Source: a virus (lineage: Duplodnaviria; Caudoviricetes). From it: a stretch of 30,386 nt of DNA. Positions within the stretch are counted from its first letter, which is position 1. The number at the start of each line of letters is the position of its first letter. The DNA lies in the IMG/VR virus record IMGVR_UViG_3300001881_000108, positions 1 through 30,386 of that record; one strand, written 5' to 3'. Made by a program: the position numbers and the translations under genes. Shown here piece by piece: positions 24,793 to 30,386 of the stretch. The notes beneath the pieces were generated by a model. The model made no database searches and was not told the DNA's origin. It worked only from the letters and a program-made list of their open reading frames with translations.

Positions 24793-25062
24793 ATGACCAC
24801 CGCCATAACCTTCAAAGCCTCAATAAAAGAATCCCTGATCTCTCTTGATCAGACGCTAAACACCCGCATAAAAATTGCGGATGATGGCTACGGTTATGCA
24901 GACGAAATGCTCTCAGCCCGCGCCTGGCGGTTACGGGATAAATCACGGCTGTATGTCTGGATAGATCGGCTGTTCTTCTGGGACAAAGACCACTGTGAAG
25001 AGTGCTACAAAATTGAGCTTGAGCGGAAGCAGTTGCCGCCTGAGTATAGGGTATTCAAATAA
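24793..25062 (+). CDS. Conserved small phage protein
   Basis: 'ISLDQTLNT...ADEMLSARAWR...IDRLFFWDKDHC' pattern common near phage tail genes. Confidence 0.65.
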   Translation: MTTAITFKASIKESLISLDQTLNTRIKIADDGYGYADEMLSARAWRLRDKSRLYVWIDRLFFWDKDHCEECYKIELERKQLPPEYRVFK

Positions 25063-26387
25063 TGGCAACTGAATATTACCTTGTAACTCAAAATGGTTCT
25101 GCTGGCATCTATTGGGCTGGTTTGCCGGAGTTTGATCTGTTTGATGGCAGCAACTATAAGTATCGTTACTATTGGGGCGGGGCTTATCAGGTATATGCTG
25201 ATTTCAACACACTGGAAGACAACCGCATAAATCAGGCTGGAAACCGCGGCCCATCGAAAAGCATTGTTATTGAGGTGCAGGGCAAATGGGATGACACCAG
25301 CACATGGAACAGTAGTACGGTGTGGCTTGGTTATTATTCAGTTACTATAACTACTAAAATAAATGGAGTACGCGATGCTGCTGCTTTTCATAACGGCGTG
25401 CCAGGCGGTGGTTTCCGCAGAATTGTAAATACAACGTACCCGGCATATCAAATACAAAAACAGTCAAATATGACTATTGATGGATTGGAAATTATCAACC
25501 AGAACACAACGGGCGGTTATGCCATAAGAGTTTACTATGCAGCTAATGCACATATAAAAAACTGTATTATTACTGGGTATAGAGGTTTGGAATGTTTGAG
25601 TTATGCCAGTAAGTACCAAAATAATATATTTAGAAACTGCCTTTTGTATGGGATTAGTATTAATGCAGGATTCGGTTATTCCGACGTAGTAAACAATAAT
25701 TTAGCTACAGGATGTGGCACAGGTATATATAGCGATGGTGCAACAACGTATGCAACAGTAATTAACAATGTTTCCGTAGGCAATACAACAAACTGGACAG
25801 CAACAGGAATTGGTCCAAACGGATATGCTGCAAATAATGCGGGCCTATCTGGAGAGGCATGGGATACCAGTGGATCAACCAGGATAACTGTCGCCGTCAC
25901 CGATTTTAATAATCTTTCTGGCGGTGATTTTACCTATGTATCAGGCAGCCCGCTTATTAACTCTGGCATCGATTTTGTAGCGTTTTCCGCTGAAAATAGA
26001 GACATACTGGATAAGTATCGCCCGGATTACGAATCAGCAACCTACCCCAGTAACCTGTGGGATATTGGTCCGTTTGAGTACGACCATGGAGAAGGCAACA
26101 CCCCCCCCGCTTCCTGCACTATAACCATATCCGCCCCTGTCTCTCTGGTTGGTGCTGAAATCCGCATTTACGATAACGACAACACTCCTGCCGGTTCATT
26201 TGGTACTGAATTGGCTGGCACTGAATCCCACACTGCAAGCACCTACACCTACACCGGCCTGCAGGGCAACTCCATTGCTATCCAGATCATGCAATCCGGC
26301 TATGAAGAGTTTGTCCAGGTCTACACCGTACCAGCAACCGATACCCTTGATTTTTACGCACGCATGACCCCTGACACTAACGCCTAA
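25062..26387 (+). CDS. Putative beta-helix virion protein (tailspike/adhesin-like)
   Basis: Asn/Gly/Tyr-rich repeats ('IKNCII', 'YQNNIF', 'VNNNLA', 'INNVSVGN') and 'WDIGPFEY'; AT-rich core. Confidence 0.6.
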   Translation: MATEYYLVTQNGSAGIYWAGLPEFDLFDGSNYKYRYYWGGAYQVYADFNTLEDNRINQAGNRGPSKSIVIEVQGKWDDTSTWNSSTVWLGYYSVTITTKINGVRDAAAFHNGVPGGGFRRIVNTTYPAYQIQKQSNMTIDGLEIINQNTTGGYAIRVYYAANAHIKNCIITGYRGLECLSYASKYQNNIFRNCLLYGISINAGFGYSDVVNNNLATGCGTGIYSDGATTYATVINNVSVGNTTNWTATGIGPNGYAANNAGLSGEAWDTSGSTRITVAVTDFNNLSGGDFTYVSGSPLINSGIDFVAFSAENRDILDKYRPDYESATYPSNLWDIGPFEYDHGEGNTPPASCTITISAPVSLVGAEIRIYDNDNTPAGSFGTELAGTESHTASTYTYTGLQGNSIAIQIMQSGYEEFVQVYTVPATDTLDFYARMTPDTNA

Positions 26388-26399
26388 AGGAGCATTACC

Positions 26400-27902
26400 A
26401 TGTCCCTGATAGATCATACCAATTACAGCACCACACTGAAACAGAGCAGCAACCCTGCCGGATCTTCGCCAAACGGCAACATCTATTTTGATGTTGCTAA
26501 TAATCGTATTCAACTGATCGGCGCTGATGAACTGACCACCGTTGATTTTGGATCTGGTGCGGTTACCAACCCTCTGAACAACGCAGATGGTATCACTATG
26601 CGTGCGTTATATAATTTTGAAAACGCACGACGGCGTGTTGATGAAACACTGCGTAAATACAAGCGGGGTACTGATGGTGATTATCGTTTCTCTGGTGCCT
26701 ACAACTTTGTTAACGGCGTAAAACTGCGGGATGCAGACCGTAAGAAAATGCGCGGTTCCGGCTTTATTGAATTTGCTGATCTGACGGATGGCTACACAAC
26801 AAAAGACCGGATCTACCACGGCGTTAAATCGCTGGTGGATATTCAGGCCACCACCACCCCCTACTATGCCCTGGTCACAGCAACCGATGAAGCTACCCTG
26901 CAGGCCGCAACCTGGAACACGTTCCAGCGCCCCGGTGATATTGATGAGGTTGTGCAGGTCATGGGCACCACGGCCAATGGCGATACCGGAGCTGGTGATT
27001 TCGATTACACTTCTCGCACGCTGGTGGTGCGGGTCCGGTCATGGGGCTACAACCCTGGCGAAACCACCTCGGTTGCATCAGGCGTGACTGAGTTTAGCGG
27101 ATTCAGCGCAGGTTATGGTGTGGGTGAATCCCTTAATGCCAACAACACCTATACATTGGCTGACGTTATCGGCGGCGCTGCTGTTTCCCCTTTTACCGGT
27201 CTTACCCTTGAAAAACTTGGCACGCCACAGGTTGAGACAGGCTTTAACGAGGCCGATGGATCTTTTACCTGGGTACTCAACAACTCAGCCGGCGCAACGG
27301 TAGAACAGTGCGCGGCTTACCTTGATGCAATCACCCTGCAGGATTCTGATGTTGATGCCGGGGCTGGCAGCTACAACGGCAAGAAAGGCCGTGTCTGGTA
27401 CACCCGCAATGCTGCCGGTAAAGTGGTAACCACCTCAATCGGTGGGGCTGGACTGTTTATCGAAGGTCTATCGGTTGCAGAAAAACAGAATGTCATCATG
27501 ACTGACAATGCCAGTAATCAGAAGACCTACCCCTATTTCCCGTCTTGTGAAATCACCGTAGGCGCTGCAGCCGTGGCAGATCCTAACGCATGGTACCAGG
27601 TGTTTTATGCAGATGGTGCTGCCGGTGCAGATTTTGATACTGCCAACGCAGTAACCGTGCAGGACAGCTCTGGTGCTGATGTTAAGGGTAACGTGGCAAC
27701 CGATGCCAGCGGTAACAAGATCAGCTTTGCCTATGCCTACGACACCAACACACAGGCCGGGCTATCTGCCGGTGCAGACAAAGCCATGGTCGCGGTGGTG
27801 GAAGGTGACGGCTATGCAGGTCAGGCATTAACCTACTTCACCATGACCCGGACAGCAGTGGTTTCCGTTACCTGTGCGCCAACGGTTGACACCAATGCGT
27901 AA
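26400..27902 (+). CDS. Large Gly/Ala/Thr-rich putative virion structural protein
   Basis: 500 aa, AAGGAG RBS, composition and location. Confidence 0.6.
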   Translation: MSLIDHTNYSTTLKQSSNPAGSSPNGNIYFDVANNRIQLIGADELTTVDFGSGAVTNPLNNADGITMRALYNFENARRRVDETLRKYKRGTDGDYRFSGAYNFVNGVKLRDADRKKMRGSGFIEFADLTDGYTTKDRIYHGVKSLVDIQATTTPYYALVTATDEATLQAATWNTFQRPGDIDEVVQVMGTTANGDTGAGDFDYTSRTLVVRVRSWGYNPGETTSVASGVTEFSGFSAGYGVGESLNANNTYTLADVIGGAAVSPFTGLTLEKLGTPQVETGFNEADGSFTWVLNNSAGATVEQCAAYLDAITLQDSDVDAGAGSYNGKKGRVWYTRNAAGKVVTTSIGGAGLFIEGLSVAEKQNVIMTDNASNQKTYPYFPSCEITVGAAAVADPNAWYQVFYADGAAGADFDTANAVTVQDSSGADVKGNVATDASGNKISFAYAYDTNTQAGLSAGADKAMVAVVEGDGYAGQALTYFTMTRTAVVSVTCAPTVDTNA

Positions 27903-28218
27903 AGTGTTGCGTACCCAGCAGATTGTTATAGATCTGCCCAAGCGCGGTGCTGAACCGTGGATGCACGTAGTGGTGCAGCAGGTGGATTTGGAAGGCGATA
28001 CGGTGGTTAACACCGTAGATCGCTGGAACCAGTTTAGTGTCCGTGTTGCTGCGGTGGCTGGCTCTTTGTATCCGCTGGTTGATCCCGTGCAGCCTCCTGC
28101 TGGGATGATCAGCAACGCCGGTATCGTGCAATCAATTGGGCTATCAGTCATTGACATGATCATCCATCGGTATGGCGGAACATTTGATCCGGCAACCGGC
28201 GACATCGTACTGGAGTAG
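27895..28218 (+). CDS. Hypothetical phage protein
   Basis: ATG 27895 overlaps the upstream gene end. Confidence 0.55.
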   Translation: MRKVLRTQQIVIDLPKRGAEPWMHVVVQQVDLEGDTVVNTVDRWNQFSVRVAAVAGSLYPLVDPVQPPAGMISNAGIVQSIGLSVIDMIIHRYGGTFDPATGDIVLE

Positions 28219-28220
28219 CA

Positions 28221-28706
28221 ATGGCCCTGATAGACCACATAGATGGTGCAAACCGGGACATCTACCTAAGTGCTGACACCGTGGGGGCCTCAATCCACCC
28301 GATTGACATATACAAAGAGTATCGGGGACTACGCCGCACCAATGAGGCGTTGCGCCGGTTTGCTCCCCTGCTGTCTGCAAAGGGTAACGATTCCAAGGGT
28401 GGCGGAAAATACACGGAACGGTACGTGATTGAACACAATGGCACGCGGATCATCCCCTATGACGTGAGCCATGCACTGACGATAACCGGAACGATCATCA
28501 CCGACGATGGACAAGAGGGTATCGCCTGTTTTGACCGGACGCCATTAAGCAGCACTACTCGTGTGGATATCAACTACGTTCCACCACAGGTAGAAATTAT
28601 TCAGGTGTCCTCTGGCAGCGGGCTGTCAACTGAAGAACACAACAAGCTAATGGCGGTACCAACGGCAACCGGCAACGCAAGTGCGGTTTGGGAGTATGAA
28701 CGCTAA
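28221..28706 (+). CDS. Hypothetical virion-associated protein
   Basis: GGAG RBS; coupled ORF. Confidence 0.6.
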   Translation: MALIDHIDGANRDIYLSADTVGASIHPIDIYKEYRGLRRTNEALRRFAPLLSAKGNDSKGGGKYTERYVIEHNGTRIIPYDVSHALTITGTIITDDGQEGIACFDRTPLSSTTRVDINYVPPQVEIIQVSSGSGLSTEEHNKLMAVPTATGNASAVWEYER

Positions 28707-28966
28707 TGGATGCCTGGGAAACACTGGCAGCCCTCTCCACCACCGGTGATGCCTGGGAACGGTTGAATGGGATTACCGGGGGTGGCGGTGGGGTTATCGC
28801 CCTTGATGTAGGCACACTGACACCAATAGAGGCCGGTGTTGTTATCATCGGTACCGACCTGGTGACGCTGGCTGAACCAATTGATACAGAATTGCTGCTA
28901 TCTGCAGCAGATCTGCAAGCCATAACAGAAACACCGGATCTTACCAGTATTGAGGTGTGCTCATGA
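28706..28966 (+). CDS. Hypothetical acidic protein
   Basis: TAATG coupling; internal DAWE repeat. Confidence 0.5.
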   Translation: MDAWETLAALSTTGDAWERLNGITGGGGGVIALDVGTLTPIEAGVVIIGTDLVTLAEPIDTELLLSAADLQAITETPDLTSIEVCS

Positions 28967-29268
28967 TAGAGAAAATAGCCGGTAGCAGCATTTTCAGAGA
29001 TTACCGCAACGAAGCCGGGACAGAGTTTGGTCCAGAATGGGCAGGCTCCAGCTGGGCTATAAAAACAGACGTTGTTTCAGCTACTGCTCTGGCATCTGGC
29101 CCTATTACCATCAGCACAGACAAGCTGCGGCTTGAACTGCGGGTATCCGGCGCTGACACAGACCTGCCACCGGCAGACTACTTCTTTGCCGTGCGGTTTG
29201 TAAACTCTGCTACCGGATTTGCGGAAGAACAGCAGGATACGCTGCAGATTCAGGCCAGGGGGATTTGA
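28963..29268 (+). CDS. Hypothetical beta-sandwich-like phage protein
   Basis: ATGA overlap, GAGG RBS. Confidence 0.5.
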   Translation: MIEKIAGSSIFRDYRNEAGTEFGPEWAGSSWAIKTDVVSATALASGPITISTDKLRLELRVSGADTDLPPADYFFAVRFVNSATGFAEEQQDTLQIQARGI

Positions 29269-29495
29269 TGATCACAGATGCCATTAAACAGGCTGTTGCA
29301 GTAACCGGAGGTGCCGCCCTGTGCGCCCAGCTTACCACCAGCCCCACAGCAAACGCCGCTTTTATGATTATCGTGCTGCTCACCTGCTTAACGGTTATGG
29401 GCCACATTCTGGCCAAATGCTGGCTGGCCAACCGAAAGGCCAAAAAGAAAAAGGAGGCGGCCCGTGGAAGAGCTGACAAAACTGATACCCCCTGA
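29265..29495 (+). CDS. Small membrane protein (holin candidate)
   Basis: Two hydrophobic segments and a very basic C-terminus; upstream of the lysozyme. Confidence 0.45.
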   Translation: MMITDAIKQAVAVTGGAALCAQLTTSPTANAAFMIIVLLTCLTVMGHILAKCWLANRKAKKKKEAARGRADKTDTP

Positions 29496-29721
29496 TGTCG
29501 GCTGGAAAGTAGCGGGCTGGTCCTTTACCGCAGCTGTGACCATGGGCACCATGCTGTACAAGGGGATATGGAAGCGAATCAACCAGCTGGCAGAAGATCA
29601 GGATAATACCCGCACTGACCTGGATAGGCTGATAGGTGCCTACGGAGCCGACCCAACCCACCAAGCGCCATGGGTTGGGCTAGAACGCAGAAAGGCAAAA
29701 AGGGACACAGACGATGAATAA
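29464..29721 (+). CDS. Small single-TM protein (holin/antiholin candidate)
   Basis: AGGAGG RBS; one hydrophobic segment; overlaps the lysozyme start. Confidence 0.45.
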   Translation: MEELTKLIPPDVGWKVAGWSFTAAVTMGTMLYKGIWKRINQLAEDQDNTRTDLDRLIGAYGADPTHQAPWVGLERRKAKRDTDDE

Positions 29722-30187
29722 AACAAGAATCGGCATAGCATCTTTAATGCTTTCCGCCCTGGGGATGATCGGGATTACCAACCACGAACGGTTCGTCGGC
29801 CACACCTACAAGGATGCTGTTGGCGTTAACACCATTGGCTACGGTACCACCGCAGGTGTCAAACCTGGCCAGACCATTACCCCTGAACGCGCCCTGGTGC
29901 GGCTGGGTCAAGATGTAGGCCAGTTTGAAAAAGAAATGAAGGCCTGCCTGCCTGCAGACCTGCCACTGCATCAGTATGAATGGGATGCCTATGTCTCGCT
30001 TGCCTACAACATCGGAAGCGGTGCGTTCTGTCGCTCCAGCATTGCCCGCAAGCTGAAGCAGACCCCCCCTGATTATGCCGGTGCCTGTGAATCAATCCTG
30101 CTGTTTAACAAGGCTGGCGGCAAGGTCTTAAAGGGGCTGGTGGTACGGCGGCAGACTGAATACCAGCTGTGCAAGGGGCAAAAATGA
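29714..30187 (+). CDS. Phage lysozyme (GH24), SAR-endolysin type
   Basis: E-x8-D-x5-T triad in 'HERFVGHTYKDAVGVNTIGYGTT'; 'YNIGSGAF', 'LKGLVVRRQTE'; weakly hydrophobic N-terminal SAR-like helix. Confidence 0.92.
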   Translation: MNKTRIGIASLMLSALGMIGITNHERFVGHTYKDAVGVNTIGYGTTAGVKPGQTITPERALVRLGQDVGQFEKEMKACLPADLPLHQYEWDAYVSLAYNIGSGAFCRSSIARKLKQTPPDYAGACESILLFNKAGGKVLKGLVVRRQTEYQLCKGQK

Positions 30188-30324
30188 GCGTCGGAAGATT
30201 CTGCAAAAAGTGCAACCGGTTTACCGCTGCTAAAAACTGGTGCGACCGTCACGGCAAGTACGTTACCGGCTGGACAGATATGTGCGCAGAGGAAAAGGCA
30301 GAGCGTAAGGAGCGGATGCAATGA
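30184..30324 (+). CDS. Small Cys-containing hypothetical protein (46 aa)
   Basis: ATGA-coupled on both sides; CKKC...WC...MC. Confidence 0.4.
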   Translation: MSVGRFCKKCNRFTAAKNWCDRHGKYVTGWTDMCAEEKAERKERMQ

Positions 30325-30386
30325 GTTGCTGTTTTTTCTGTCGGGTAAATAACTGCAAGGTCTGTGATGGCAGTTGCGGGGCATGC

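Larger units (their letters stand above)
1..30386 (+). mobile_element. Lambda-like temperate phage/prophage segment (both ends outside the window)
   Basis: Co-directional, tightly overlapping primase, terminase, portal, protease, capsid, tail and lysozyme genes; no host housekeeping block or att site seen. Confidence 0.95.

Noticed and set aside
25062-27902. Additional DGR variable repeat in tail/adhesin genes
   Set aside because: No match to TR (e.g. GGAGTCCGGGCAGTCCGCAGA) was seen by eye outside VR1 and VR2.
1163-30384. Numerous minus-strand and out-of-frame ORFs in the supplied track
   Set aside because: They overlap well-supported + strand genes and lack recognisable motifs or RBSs.

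Overview
This is a ~30 kb slice of a temperate, lambda-like (GpA terminase, lambda-type portal) tailed phage or prophage. Essentially all real genes are on the + strand. The order is: early/regulatory genes, a P4-type primase-helicase, an iteron-rich putative origin, a putative cos region, a phage beta-clamp (dnaN homologue), terminase, head genes, tail/virion genes and a SAR-type lysozyme. Two diversification devices flank the large terminase gene. (1) A complete diversity-generating retroelement lies between terS and terL. It has two tandem DUF1566-like targets with VR1 and VR2, then avd, a 102-bp TR and an RT, and all TR/VR mismatches fall at TR adenines. (2) An integron-like array of five attC-type sites and five small gene cassettes lies between terL and the head genes. 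The attC polarity is opposite to the cassette genes, the array ends in a lone attI-like core site, and no integrase is present in the window. Protein family calls come from motif recognition by eye, not database searches.
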